From the sequence record NZ_CP106961.1: a stretch of DNA of 64,000 nucleotides, one strand, 5' to 3'. Positions 54,377 through 64,000 of the stretch are shown here, piece by piece. Position 1 is the first letter of the stretch, and each line of letters starts with the position of its first letter. A model generated the notes under the pieces. It did not search any database. It was not told where the DNA came from and was given only the letters and a program-made list of their open reading frames with translations. A program made the translations under genes and the position numbers. Origin of the DNA: a plasmid.

Positions 54377-54972
54377 TTTAGCTCCAGAGAGTAGTAATCA
54401 TAATCTCAGTTGATTATGAAACATTAAAAAATAAAATCAACAGAAAGCCGACTGAATTAATGAACAATGTCGAACGGCTTCACTTCTTTATGTTACTTAA
54501 AATGAATGAACTGCGCTTGAAGAGCTTCTGAGATATTGAGGCTTGTTATACGAGTAGTAACAGTCGCATGTAATCCATACCTGATAGATGGAAACGATAC
54601 TTAAAGATGAAAGACAGGCAGGAATTTACCCGGCATATTTATGATAAGGAAAAGTTGGAAATTCAAAATTAGTTACAAAATCCTTAGGGCAACTCATACA
54701 ACACGCCTGGTTTAAAAAGCATCAACCCTGACTACTTGAGAGTGTTTTGATAAGCGTGGGTCAGGGGTAAGGTTAACCCTTATATGAAGATAAACTGAGT
54801 TCAGCTTTAATGTAAGGTATTCGCTGATGGTGGCTATGGCGAGCATAATGCTGAGACAGGGCAATTTTGATCGTAGATAAATAAACGCACCCGGTTAAAG
54901 TTTTACTTACCATTGCAGTAGTAGTGGTTTACCGGGTGCGCATATTTTATGCTCTCTGTCGGTTACTTTGTG

Positions 54973-55461
54973 TTAAGCGGATTCATTTTTGCGAATCTTC
55001 TCATTTTCACGGCTTTCCTTTAAAAGCTCGTCAATCACACGTTCCGTTATTTTTTCCACGGCCTCGCTTCTTGAGAGACCTTCCATATCCGCAAGCCTGT
55101 CTATCTTCCGCAGTATTTTCATACGCAGCGATAAAGAGACCGCTGTTTTTTTATCTTTATCCAGAATGACGCGGCCACCTGACTCTGTGCTTTTCAGTTC
55201 GGCATTCTTTGCCAGATCATCACTCATCCGTCGCAGCGTTTTTTTATCAAGGTTACCCGGCGTGATCATCTGGTAAGAGTGACTGGCCTTGCTGTACTTT
55301 ATTTCTGCTGAATAGTCTTCCCTGAGTGCTTTAAGGGCCCGTGTCAGGGTTGGCTCTGAACATTCCAGGCTGGTGATGATATCGGCGGCAGGAACCGGTT
55401 TCCCGGTGCCCAGTAAATTAGCCAGAGTGAAAATGCGGACCTGTCGCGTATTGAGTTGCAT
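54973..55461 (-). CDS. terW: HTH DNA-binding protein, TerW-like, last gene of ter-associated operon
   Basis: 162 aa; N-terminal HTH; position relative to terZ; name from memory of ter islands. Confidence 0.5.
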   Translation of the reverse strand: MQLNTRQVRIFTLANLLGTGKPVPAADIITSLECSEPTLTRALKALREDYSAEIKYSKASHSYQMITPGNLDKKTLRRMSDDLAKNAELKSTESGGRVILDKDKKTAVSLSLRMKILRKIDRLADMEGLSRSEAVEKITERVIDELLKESRENEKIRKNESA

Positions 55462-55463
55462 CG

Positions 55464-56687
55464 TTAGTTAAAGCCTGCGTCAAAAAAAAGTGGTTCAATT
55501 GCCTGAAAGATAAATGTCGTGCTCATCTTTCTGATAACCGGATAGTCTCCCAGCGCTTCCACCGGATCCACATGCTCTATCCCGGCAAAATTAATCGATG
55601 CCATCTGTGCTCTGCTGAATTTGCATGACAGGATGTATTCGTCTTCAAGATACCCGGTCCGTTTACTGATGCGCTGGGTAAAACCTGAGACCACCACGTA
55701 GTCAAAGGGTAGTGTATGCAGGGCAATACCGGCCAGGCGCAACAGGCACCCATGAACATGGCGTGCGTAATTTTCTCGCTGTACTTTTTGCGTCATGGCC
55801 TTTTCGGTGATTTCTGTACCGCGGGCATTCACACCGTAAGATTTATCAGGCATGTCTTCTATCTCAGGCAGATCGACATCGAGCCAGACCGTGGACTGTT
55901 CAGGTTTGACTTCGAACGTCACCAGAGTTTCCCGCGGCCACTCAGTTTGCGCCAGAACCTCACCCAGTCGGGACTCAAAGAAGGCGCTGTCCATCGCAAA
56001 CTGGTCGCGGGCTTCAGCCTGCGATGCGATCAGCCTGCTTTCATGCTCCTTAGCCTCGAATTGCCAGTTGGCATACTGTTCAGCCCAGGCGGTGCGCTGC
56101 TGCTGATAGCGATGCTGGCGGAGCGTATTTTCTCGTTCCGTATCAGCCAGCGTCTGCTGCCACTGATTCCTGAGCTCCTCAAGTCGCTCTGCACGTGCCG
56201 CATCGGATTCAAACCATTTGCCAAAAAATCCTGCACCTGTGCTCTCATCCGGTTGCTCCGGTAAGGGCATTAACTCGGGTTTCGCCGGACGTACCGGCGC
56301 CGGTACCAGCCAGGGTTTCTGTCGACTGGCCAGATACTCTGTTTCCAGTTCGGACCAGCTGATGCCCCGGCGGGGATCCGGAGTCAGCTCATGGATATTG
56401 GCAATACTGCTCACAACAGACATCAGTGCGTCCACTTCCTGTTCGAGCTCCAGCCGCAGAGAAGGATCGGGTTGTGCGCTGCGGGCAGTACGTGAGCGGG
56501 CTGAGTTATCCAGTCTGGTGCGATAACTCAGCCCGGTACCCGGCAAACCCAGGTTGGCATAAGTGCCCCGGCTACCAATGGATACGGACGCCCCCCGCGG
56601 TCCTACGCTGAGACTCGGTGCGCCGTTACTTAAGTTCAGCCGTACGCCGGGAATGATGTTGATCGTTTTACGAAATCGAAATCCCAT
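55464..56687 (-). CDS. DUF4236-like protein of ter-associated operon
   Basis: N-terminal MGFRFRKTINIIPGVRLNLS...G.S.S.G repeat typical of DUF4236. Confidence 0.45.
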   Translation of the reverse strand: MGFRFRKTINIIPGVRLNLSNGAPSLSVGPRGASVSIGSRGTYANLGLPGTGLSYRTRLDNSARSRTARSAQPDPSLRLELEQEVDALMSVVSSIANIHELTPDPRRGISWSELETEYLASRQKPWLVPAPVRPAKPELMPLPEQPDESTGAGFFGKWFESDAARAERLEELRNQWQQTLADTERENTLRQHRYQQQRTAWAEQYANWQFEAKEHESRLIASQAEARDQFAMDSAFFESRLGEVLAQTEWPRETLVTFEVKPEQSTVWLDVDLPEIEDMPDKSYGVNARGTEITEKAMTQKVQRENYARHVHGCLLRLAGIALHTLPFDYVVVSGFTQRISKRTGYLEDEYILSCKFSRAQMASINFAGIEHVDPVEALGDYPVIRKMSTTFIFQAIEPLFFDAGFN

Positions 56688-56697
56688 TACGACATCC

Positions 56698-57654
56698 TCA
56701 GTTTTTCTGTGACAGTGGCATAAGTCTGATAGCCTCTGCGCTTTGTTCCGGGATCATGCCATATATCCGTGCTCGTTCCAGGATGCTTGCTGCCCAGCGG
56801 CGATGCGTTGCCGGTTCGCACATCGCGCCCTGCGATTTGAATACAGCCTGAGTGGAGTTGAGGATCCGGAGCGCATCCGAATGTTCCCCAGCTGACACCT
56901 TCAGTGCGTTTTCGATAACATCAATCTGAGCGGGGTGGATGGCCGTTTTACCCACCAGCCCATGCGCCATATCAAGCGCCAGCTCACGCGCCATAATGTC
57001 ATGATCGTCAATGTGCTCACAGACCGGCGCCGTCAGCGCAAAATCACGCGGACCGAATACTGACACCAGCATTTTAATCACGTAGCCCATAGGTCCGTCG
57101 TAAAGGGTCAGATTCCGCGGCCGTCTCAGCGAGACCACATTCATCAGGTCATTCCCGCCGATACGCAGGGCAATGATCCGCTCAAGGCATGGATGAGAAA
57201 GTAGCTTTTCCGCAAGTTCACGCATCCGGACGACATCAAACACATCGTCGGTTTCAAGGGTCGGCATAAGACAAAGGTGCGTGTCTGCCATTGCCGCCCA
57301 CCATTCCGGCAACGAGGCCAGAGTGAATTTTGGAAGTACAAAACCGTCAACGGCGCTCAGGTCGACATTCTGAACCAGCCATTGCCCCATTTCCGTATGT
57401 CGCGGACGAATAAACACCAGCGGCCAGTCCTGGTTACCGGCGCGTAATTTTTCCTGACTCAGGCGCTGCAGCAGCTGTCTCAGATTTTCCAGCGCCCGCG
57501 GGATATCTGTTTCGCTGACCGCGTCCTCCAGACAAATGACCAGCGAGCGAAGTCCCGGGATCTTGCCGTCCAGGATAGCCCCTTCAATATCGTAACGGGT
57601 TGCGGGCATGTACAGCGTGGCGCCAAGATTCCAGGGCGAGAGGCGATTTTTCAT
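56698..57654 (-). CDS. HpcH/HpaI aldolase / citrate-lyase beta-subunit-like TIM-barrel C-C lyase
   Basis: 318 aa; LEDAV and IGGNDL-type motifs. Confidence 0.6.
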   Translation of the reverse strand: MKNRLSPWNLGATLYMPATRYDIEGAILDGKIPGLRSLVICLEDAVSETDIPRALENLRQLLQRLSQEKLRAGNQDWPLVFIRPRHTEMGQWLVQNVDLSAVDGFVLPKFTLASLPEWWAAMADTHLCLMPTLETDDVFDVVRMRELAEKLLSHPCLERIIALRIGGNDLMNVVSLRRPRNLTLYDGPMGYVIKMLVSVFGPRDFALTAPVCEHIDDHDIMARELALDMAHGLVGKTAIHPAQIDVIENALKVSAGEHSDALRILNSTQAVFKSQGAMCEPATHRRWAASILERARIYGMIPEQSAEAIRLMPLSQKN

Positions 57655-58748
57655 CAGAGCACCTTTTTAATAATGGTCACGGCCCGGTACTGGCCAAGTG
57701 CATCACCCATTTCGGTAACGATGATCCCTTTATCGCGAGCCAGGCCTACCAGTAACTCGACATCCGGATCGCTGACTGAGCGTACAAACACATGATCGGG
57801 TACCCGGCGTAATACGGCGCGGGTTGCTTCAGCGATACCCGGTTTAATCCGGTTGATGCTGTCGACCGCATACCTGTCAGCAAGGAGGGTGATCACATCA
57901 CGACTCTTCTGCCACAGGCCGGTATTCGCTGCCATATTCCAGTCGAGACCGGGTAAAGCCGCGGGATCGAGTTTTTCGCGATAAGCTGCAACCGTCCCGA
58001 CCAGCGAGCGGCTGCATTCGTACTCATTCAGATGTTCGCACACGACGCAGCCGTGTAACCCTTCAGTAGTCCATACAGAGCGTGAAATAAGGCCTGATAC
58101 CGGCGCCCCCATAATCCCGAACGGGATCAGCCAGTCATCATCGCCTGCCGCCAGCCAGGCGCAGCCACACGGGTCAGCGAGCACCACAAGGCGGGGGTGT
58201 TCCGGATAACCGCTGCGTCCTTCCAGTGAGCGAACCAGTTGACCCGTGATCGCGCCTTTACCGGTCCAGCCATCAACGAACACAATGCCCTGTGTGCCAT
58301 GACGGGATTCAATGATATCCAGGGCAGCGGTATCGATGCCGCGATCACGAATGATGCTGATCCCGTAGTGGAAGGATGTTTTTCCCATGTCCCGCAGCGC
58401 CTGATGCAGCATCACGCCCAGCGGCACACCGGCCCGGACGAGACTTGCCAGAATAATGGGTTCATCACTAAAGCGGTTGGCCAGTTCGCGGGCAAGTTGT
58501 GTTACCTCGCGTGCCAGTCGGGCCGCGCCACGATCCAGTGCGCGTGAGAATAAATCCAGATGCCAGGAGGTAGGGGCAGGCTCCTGGCTCAGCATGTCAG
58601 AATAATGCTTTTTGCCGGACTGGATCAGCGCCTCTTTTTGGTCAACCGGCGTCATTTCCATGTCAATGGGTTTGAGCAGGAACTGGACATCACTGGCGTC
58701 GTAAGAGCCCGAAAAAGGAATGAGTGGCTGCATCTTACTGTTCTCCAA
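57654..58748 (-). CDS. StiP-like cysteine-protease-family / PRTase-associated protein of ter cluster
   Basis: 364 aa; conserved placement between aldolase-like and HAD genes in ter-associated clusters; assignment from memory. Confidence 0.4.
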   Translation of the reverse strand: MENSKMQPLIPFSGSYDASDVQFLLKPIDMEMTPVDQKEALIQSGKKHYSDMLSQEPAPTSWHLDLFSRALDRGAARLAREVTQLARELANRFSDEPIILASLVRAGVPLGVMLHQALRDMGKTSFHYGISIIRDRGIDTAALDIIESRHGTQGIVFVDGWTGKGAITGQLVRSLEGRSGYPEHPRLVVLADPCGCAWLAAGDDDWLIPFGIMGAPVSGLISRSVWTTEGLHGCVVCEHLNEYECSRSLVGTVAAYREKLDPAALPGLDWNMAANTGLWQKSRDVITLLADRYAVDSINRIKPGIAEATRAVLRRVPDHVFVRSVSDPDVELLVGLARDKGIIVTEMGDALGQYRAVTIIKKVL

Positions 58749-59526
58749 AAATTTTCATCGAGACGGCTTCAGCGAACTGGCTTTGACGCGGGATCCCGTA
58801 CCAGCTGCAGAGCTTCATAAAGCGGTGATCGCTAAGGCTGTCACCGAGCCCAATCACCGGGAATACACCGCGCTCGGCACGTAATTTGTTCAGCAACCAG
58901 GTGACGGCCAGACCTTTTTCCACGGGGTGAGGAAGCCAGGCAACATTGTTGCTGTTACGGTGGATATAGAAGTCCGCGACCGGGAATACCGCTTCAATCT
59001 CGTCTGCAATGGCATACAGCTCATCAAGCCGTGTGCTGTCGCGGTGCTTCATCACCAGATAGACGGGCGTGCCGTCATATTCATAGTTGAGTCGCGCCCA
59101 GGCATTAATGCCTCTGGCTTCCATCATCTCTGTGATGGCACGTTGCATGGAGATAAGCCTCTCTTCGTACTGCGCCAGGCTCTGCAACATGTGCGCTTTC
59201 CAGTCCTCGTCAGGCTGACCCTGTGGGTTCAGAATAACGGCGCCATGGGTTGTAATCGCCCAAGAGCGGAAGGGGATCTGCACGCGGCTGATTTCTTCAG
59301 TGCCGCGGGCCGTCACCGGAATAAGTTCAGCCTGCTCCAGTAACCAGTCCACCAGCATGGACTGCTCTTCAGTCATGAAGCTGCGTGGCGCTAAACTTCT
59401 GTCCAGCGCTCCGGTTTTAAAGGGCTCCAGCGCGAGCTCATCCACCATTTTGCGTCGGGTCTGGAAGAGGGTGTCATCAAGGTCACTCAGGACAACGGGT
59501 TTATTCATAGCTAATAATCTCCACAC
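58735..59526 (-). CDS. HAD-superfamily phosphatase
   Basis: motif I LSDLDDTLF (DxDxT). Confidence 0.7.
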   Translation of the reverse strand: MWRLLAMNKPVVLSDLDDTLFQTRRKMVDELALEPFKTGALDRSLAPRSFMTEEQSMLVDWLLEQAELIPVTARGTEEISRVQIPFRSWAITTHGAVILNPQGQPDEDWKAHMLQSLAQYEERLISMQRAITEMMEARGINAWARLNYEYDGTPVYLVMKHRDSTRLDELYAIADEIEAVFPVADFYIHRNSNNVAWLPHPVEKGLAVTWLLNKLRAERGVFPVIGLGDSLSDHRFMKLCSWYGIPRQSQFAEAVSMKIFGEQ

Positions 59527-60643
59527 TGGCGGCTACTCCGGCCAGCGTCTTCATCAGGTGACTGTCCACGCTGGCCGCTGGCGTCTCGGTGCAAAGCAGA
59601 ACGCGATCAAACCGCTGGTGCGCAACGTTGTATAAAAAGTTGGGAATGCCAAGACCGTAGTTATCCGTGAAGGCAATGGCCGACTGAATAGCGAAGCCTG
59701 TGGCTATCGGTGATCGGGTAGTGGAACTGTAAAACGCATCCGCACCGGCCGCGGCCAGACGCTCAGCAAGCAGGAACGGTTCCCACACAAATTCACCTGT
59801 GCCCAGCACCAGCACACGTTCTCCCGGTGAGGTGGTGATATTGCGCCCCAGGTCATTAGCGGGCGCCGTCATCCCCAGTCGGCCCCAGGACTGTTTGCCG
59901 GTGATGGGGAAGTTACCGCGGGAAGTCACATTCACCGCTGGCATCACCGGGACGGGCGCGTCCGGGAGGGGTTCCCACTGCCATGCACCACTGACCAATG
60001 ACAGCGTGCGCACCGGCAAAGGACAACGCGTTTCCAGCGCATCACCACTCCAGTCGGTGAGTGTGACAGCCACAACCTGCTCCAGCTGTGGCAACCGGCC
60101 AGTATTGCGCAATGCCGCAAGGAGATTGATGAAGGTGTTACCGGTTGTGGCTTCATCATCAATCAGAACCAGGGTTCGCGCTTCGGTCACTCTGCGGCGC
60201 ATTTCCACATCAGCGGGCAGGTAGATCAGATGATCTGTCGCATGGCTGTGCTCTTCCTTAAATTCACACAGCAGTTCACCGTCCTGAGGATGGCGCGTTG
60301 AGGTCAGGTAAACGGAATCCGCGTACTGGTGGCGAAGTTCATCAAACACGCCAGCCCCGAGACCTACCGCAGTCTCGGCCATCCCGATAAACAGCACAGG
60401 TCCGGGAACAGACGCCGGAAACTGGCGGGCCAGACGCTGATATGCCTGACGCATTGTCGAAGGGGGAACCGGAATATGCCTGCCCAGCACTTTGCTGACA
60501 AAGAGAAAAGCACGTTTCGGGTTACGACGTTCAGCAATATCAAAAAGATCGTTAAGGGACATCTCGCCCCGGGCGCGTGTAACCTGAATCGTTCCGCACG
60601 ACAATGCACGTCGATAAACAGTGTCTTCGTTCAACAGTGACAT
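59501..60643 (-). CDS. phosphoribosyltransferase-domain protein
   Basis: PRPP-binding motif VLIDDEATTGNT. Confidence 0.7.
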   Translation of the reverse strand: MSLLNEDTVYRRALSCGTIQVTRARGEMSLNDLFDIAERRNPKRAFLFVSKVLGRHIPVPPSTMRQAYQRLARQFPASVPGPVLFIGMAETAVGLGAGVFDELRHQYADSVYLTSTRHPQDGELLCEFKEEHSHATDHLIYLPADVEMRRRVTEARTLVLIDDEATTGNTFINLLAALRNTGRLPQLEQVVAVTLTDWSGDALETRCPLPVRTLSLVSGAWQWEPLPDAPVPVMPAVNVTSRGNFPITGKQSWGRLGMTAPANDLGRNITTSPGERVLVLGTGEFVWEPFLLAERLAAAGADAFYSSTTRSPIATGFAIQSAIAFTDNYGLGIPNFLYNVAHQRFDRVLLCTETPAASVDSHLMKTLAGVAASVEIISYE

Positions 60644-60651
60644 AGTGAGCC

Positions 60652-61737
60652 TTAATTAAGACGGTTGGTGAGGTCAGTTGGATAGACGATGACATCGGTA
60701 ATGGATCGCACCGTTGCAGGCTTGAAGGAAACCATCTCGTTATCCATCACTTCATTTTTCGACATCAGGCCCAGCTGGTGGAAGGCAAACAACCCCGGCA
60801 GATTTACGCCGCTGCGCAACGTGTATCCAATCCCACCTGACGGACGCATGTTCGTTTCAAGCAGCACTGGCCTGCCGTTGTGGTCATTACGCGTCTGCAC
60901 ATTGATGAGGCCGTCCGCGTTCATAGCCCGGGCACAGTTACAGGCCAGCTCGTATGCTTCGCCGCAGTTGACAAGATACTGAAGCGCACCTTCTTTGCGA
61001 CGTCCCACCGCAGCAAGGACTTCACCCTTGTGCGCCAGAATATCGACAGAATATTCGGGTCCAGGCAGATACGGCATCAAAACAAGGGGGGTAAACGACT
61101 TAGCGGCGCTCAGCGCTGCAATATACTGGCCGGGGTTCACGATCCGGTTGTCCGGGTTGTTGAATACCGCCATGGAGGAGGCCTCGTCATCGAAACGCCA
61201 GAATCCCATGCCATAAATACCCGTGACGGGTTTGACACAAAGCGGAGTATCCGCAAAAGGAGGATTAGCGAGATGGTCCTGCAGCGCCGAAATCGAGTTG
61301 ATACGTACAGAAGGGACGACCGGCAGTCCACATTGCTGCATAAAGTCAGCGAAAGTAACTTTATCGTCGGCAAGCTTCAGCCAGTCAGAAGCCGTCGCGC
61401 CAGTGGTGAGCGTAGCGCCCGACGCTTCGATTGCAGCCCGATGTTGTTCGAACCACTGACAATTTCGTCCCGTATGAACAGCATTAATCCCATGTTTCCC
61501 GATAGTGTCGAGAATGAAAGCAAGGCGACTTTCCGGGTCAGAGGGCTCGATTAGCGCGTGGTCAGCAACGGCAAGTAATTCATTACGTTCATGACGATGA
61601 GAGGCATAAACAATAATATTAAAGTTATTAATTTTAGCGAAAGACTTCATTCCCTGAATAATATCACGCTGTGATGAAAGTCCTTCCATAAGCCAAATTT
61701 TGTTTTTCATTTTTAATTTATTACCTGATAAATTCAA
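60652..61737 (-). CDS. ATP-grasp enzyme, first gene of ter-associated operon
   Basis: ATP-grasp-like fold motifs (LPGPEYSVD, LLETNMRPSGG). Confidence 0.65.
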   Translation of the reverse strand: MNLSGNKLKMKNKIWLMEGLSSQRDIIQGMKSFAKINNFNIIVYASHRHERNELLAVADHALIEPSDPESRLAFILDTIGKHGINAVHTGRNCQWFEQHRAAIEASGATLTTGATASDWLKLADDKVTFADFMQQCGLPVVPSVRINSISALQDHLANPPFADTPLCVKPVTGIYGMGFWRFDDEASSMAVFNNPDNRIVNPGQYIAALSAAKSFTPLVLMPYLPGPEYSVDILAHKGEVLAAVGRRKEGALQYLVNCGEAYELACNCARAMNADGLINVQTRNDHNGRPVLLETNMRPSGGIGYTLRSGVNLPGLFAFHQLGLMSKNEVMDNEMVSFKPATVRSITDVIVYPTDLTNRLN

Positions 61738-62035
61738 GCTGTTAAGGCGGTTATGAGAGTCTAAGAATCTCTTTAGATGATGTCAATCATAATATGATTG
61801 TTAAATGCGGGTATTTTCAACGCTGTGACTGTGATCAGGCTGGGGATTTTTACACTTATATTTCAGTTATTTGAAAGGAATAAACACGTAGCAATGTAGC
61901 GAAAATACAGCCCTGGTTCAAAAAACCCTAAAAATTTGCTCTTGCCTCACAACTTCATCATGATATGATTTTTTACGTTAGTGGATAAACGTTATCTCTG
62001 GGTTAACTTTCTCATCACCATTTAAGGAAATAAAT

Positions 62036-62617
62036 ATGGTTTCATTAAGCAAGAATCAGACGGTTTCACTCACTAAACAATCTTCGGCACTCAGCCAGCT
62101 TCAGTTTGGCCTTGGCTGGGATCCAATCAAGAAAAAGGGGCTGCTGGGCGGGTTGTTTGGCGGCAGTGGCTCTATCGATCTGGATGCCGGATGTGTCCTG
62201 ATGGACAGCGCCGGAAACAAAATCGACACCGTCTGGTTCCAGCAGCTGAAATCCAAATGTACGGCTGTTGTTCACAGCGGCGACAACCTGACGGGTGAAG
62301 GCGATGGTGATGATGAAGTGATCAATGTCTATCTGAGCAAGCTGCCTGCAAATGTCGAGTACCTGGCCTTCACCGTGAACAGCTTCCGTGGTCAGTCGTT
62401 CAACGATGTTGATAATGCATTCTGCCGTGTAGTTGACCAGGCCAACAAAGAACTGGCCCGTTATCAGCTGACAGAGCAGGGCGCGCACACCGGCATCGTT
62501 ATTGCGTCCCTGCGTCGTAATAATGGCAACTGGGATTTCACGGCTCATGGCCACGCATGCCGCGGTCGTACGATTGCCGATATGCATGCCGATATCGTTT
62601 CGACGGTGGTCCGCTAA
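62036..62617 (+). CDS. terZ: tellurite resistance protein TerZ (TerD family)
   Basis: 193 aa TerD-domain protein, GDNLTGEGDGDDE calcium-binding motif. Confidence 0.9.
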   Translation: MVSLSKNQTVSLTKQSSALSQLQFGLGWDPIKKKGLLGGLFGGSGSIDLDAGCVLMDSAGNKIDTVWFQQLKSKCTAVVHSGDNLTGEGDGDDEVINVYLSKLPANVEYLAFTVNSFRGQSFNDVDNAFCRVVDQANKELARYQLTEQGAHTGIVIASLRRNNGNWDFTAHGHACRGRTIADMHADIVSTVVR

Positions 62618-63792
62618 TGAACCTGACGCCGGGGGGCAATGCCCCCGTACCATCACAGGAGCTCCGGGTTCGGATCACCTCAGGTGGACCGGTTGACGCC
62701 TCAGCGTTTCGTCTTTATGCAGACGGAAAAGTGCAGGGTGATGCGGATATGGTCTTCTACGGCCAGCTGCGCAACGATGATGGCACTGTCAGCCTGGTGA
62801 GTGAGGGGCAGTATTCAACATTTACTGTCGCGCTTAACCGGCTGAAGACCGATGTCCAGAAAATTGCCTTTACCGTTACCTGTGACGGTGGGCAGACCGT
62901 TGCTGGTCTTCGCAATCTGTCTATTGACGTAGAGCAGGGTGCAACCCGTCTGGTTAGCGGCGTCGTGGATTTAACGGGCCGTCAGGAAGCTGCGCTCATT
63001 CTGGGTGAATTCTATCGTCGTAATAATGACTGGAAATTCCGCTTTGTTGCTCAGGGTTTCAATGGCGGACTAAAGCCGCTGGCGGAACACTTTGGTGTTG
63101 ATATCGCAGACTCACCAGCACCAGCACCAGCACCGACAACGGCGCCGTCTACCGTTACGCCACCAGCACCTGCGCCAGCTGCAAATAAAGTAAACCTGAG
63201 CAAGGTTTCCCTGACAAAAGAGAAACCAGCAATCAGCCTTGCCAAACGCGATAACTTCGGGGAGATCCGTATCAATCTCAACTGGAATCGCGCAAGCGGT
63301 AGCTCAGGACTAAGGGGCATGTTTGGTTCCAAAGGGATTGATCTGGATCTGGGTGCCTTTGTAGAGCTGGAAGACGGTTACAAATCGGTAATACAGGCGC
63401 TGGGTAATGCCTTCGGTGATTATCATGACGAACCTTACGTTCAGCTGCAGGGCGATGATCGTACTGGCGACAATGCTTCAGGTGAATGGCTGCACATCAA
63501 CGGCCGCGAATGGAAGCACGTTCGTGAGGTCCTGATCTATGCCTTCATTTACGAAGGTGCGGCCAGCTGGGATAAAACGGATGGGATCGTCACAATCCAT
63601 GTTCCGGATCAGCCGCCTATTGAAACCCGGCTGACAGAGGGTGATAACCGTCGCACCTTGTGTGCGATTGCCCGTCTTGTCAACGAAAATGGCGCCATCA
63701 GGGTGGAGCGAATCAACCAGTATTTTAAAGGTCAGTCTGAAATGGACAAGGCCTTTAACTGGGGCTTTCGCTGGAGCGCCGGTTCCAAATAA
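62617..63792 (+). CDS. terA: tellurite resistance protein TerA (two TerD domains)
   Basis: starts MNLTPGGNAPV overlapping terZ stop (ATGA); ORF-track start 62557 is an extension. Confidence 0.85.
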   Translation: MNLTPGGNAPVPSQELRVRITSGGPVDASAFRLYADGKVQGDADMVFYGQLRNDDGTVSLVSEGQYSTFTVALNRLKTDVQKIAFTVTCDGGQTVAGLRNLSIDVEQGATRLVSGVVDLTGRQEAALILGEFYRRNNDWKFRFVAQGFNGGLKPLAEHFGVDIADSPAPAPAPTTAPSTVTPPAPAPAANKVNLSKVSLTKEKPAISLAKRDNFGEIRINLNWNRASGSSGLRGMFGSKGIDLDLGAFVELEDGYKSVIQALGNAFGDYHDEPYVQLQGDDRTGDNASGEWLHINGREWKHVREVLIYAFIYEGAASWDKTDGIVTIHVPDQPPIETRLTEGDNRRTLCAIARLVNENGAIRVERINQYFKGQSEMDKAFNWGFRWSAGSK

Positions 63793-63825
63793 CGTCACAT
63801 CAAAGGATTTAACCATGAGTTTTTT

Positions 63826-64000
63826 CGACAAAGTAAAAGGTGCGCTCAATTCAGGGCGCGACGAACTGACCCGTCAGGTCGGCCGTTTCAAAAATAAGAA
63901 GTTCATGCAGGGTACAGTCGCTGTCTGCGCCCGTATTGCTGCCGCCAGTGACGGCGTAAGCTCGGAAGAAAAACAGAAAATGATGGGTTTTCTGCGTGCT
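63826..64000 (+). CDS. terB: tellurite resistance protein TerB, 5' part (continues past window end)
   Basis: MSFFDKVKGALNSGRDELTRQVGRFKNKKFMQGTVAVCA typical TerB N-terminus. Confidence 0.8.

Overview
This 64-kb window is a mosaic accessory region that looks like part of a large Enterobacteriaceae heavy-metal-resistance plasmid or island. The combination of sil/pco, ars, chrA, ter and an H-NS-like gene suggests an IncHI2-type backbone, but that is inference from gene content only. From left to right: (1) The 3' end of silP, a small His-rich membrane protein, and pcoG (M23 peptidase). pcoG is split after codon 4 by a 7.6-kb IS1-flanked composite transposon carrying a low-GC LacI-regulated alpha-glucoside PTS/GH13 operon. 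This is followed by pcoE1, pcoABCDRS and pcoE. (2) A ~12-kb Tn3-family transposon bounded by 38-bp IRs (18376-18413 and 30305-30342). It carries arsCBR, arsH, chrA-padR and tnpR. Its tnpA is split by a 3371-bp ISPpu12-like ISL3 element carrying merR-like/CDF/lspA passenger genes. (3) Two direct 1229-bp IS3-family copies (31476-32704 and 52683-53911; the second has a nonsense codon in orfA) bracket about 20 kb. That segment contains an HTH protein followed by six 42-bp tandem repeats (iteron/centromere-like), decayed TA remnants, a 1.6-kb AT-rich ORF-free stretch with a 13-mer repeat array, an IS2-like element, a yciG-like gene, a Cys-rich four-helix-bundle (Csp3-like) protein, vapBC plus two vapC remnants, a TonB-C lipoprotein, a GIY-YIG-domain protein, a GNAT gene, formaldehyde dehydrogenase, an alpha/beta hydrolase with a LysR regulator, a KfrA-like gene and hmp. 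A family of ~23-bp hairpin repeats marks several module junctions. (4) The window ends with an H-NS-like gene, the ter-associated biosynthetic operon (ATP-grasp, PRTase, HAD, StiP-like, HpcH-like, DUF4236, TerW-like) and terZ, terA and a partial terB. No CRISPR array, rRNA or tRNA was recognised. All calls come from reading the sequence and the ORF track; no database search was possible.
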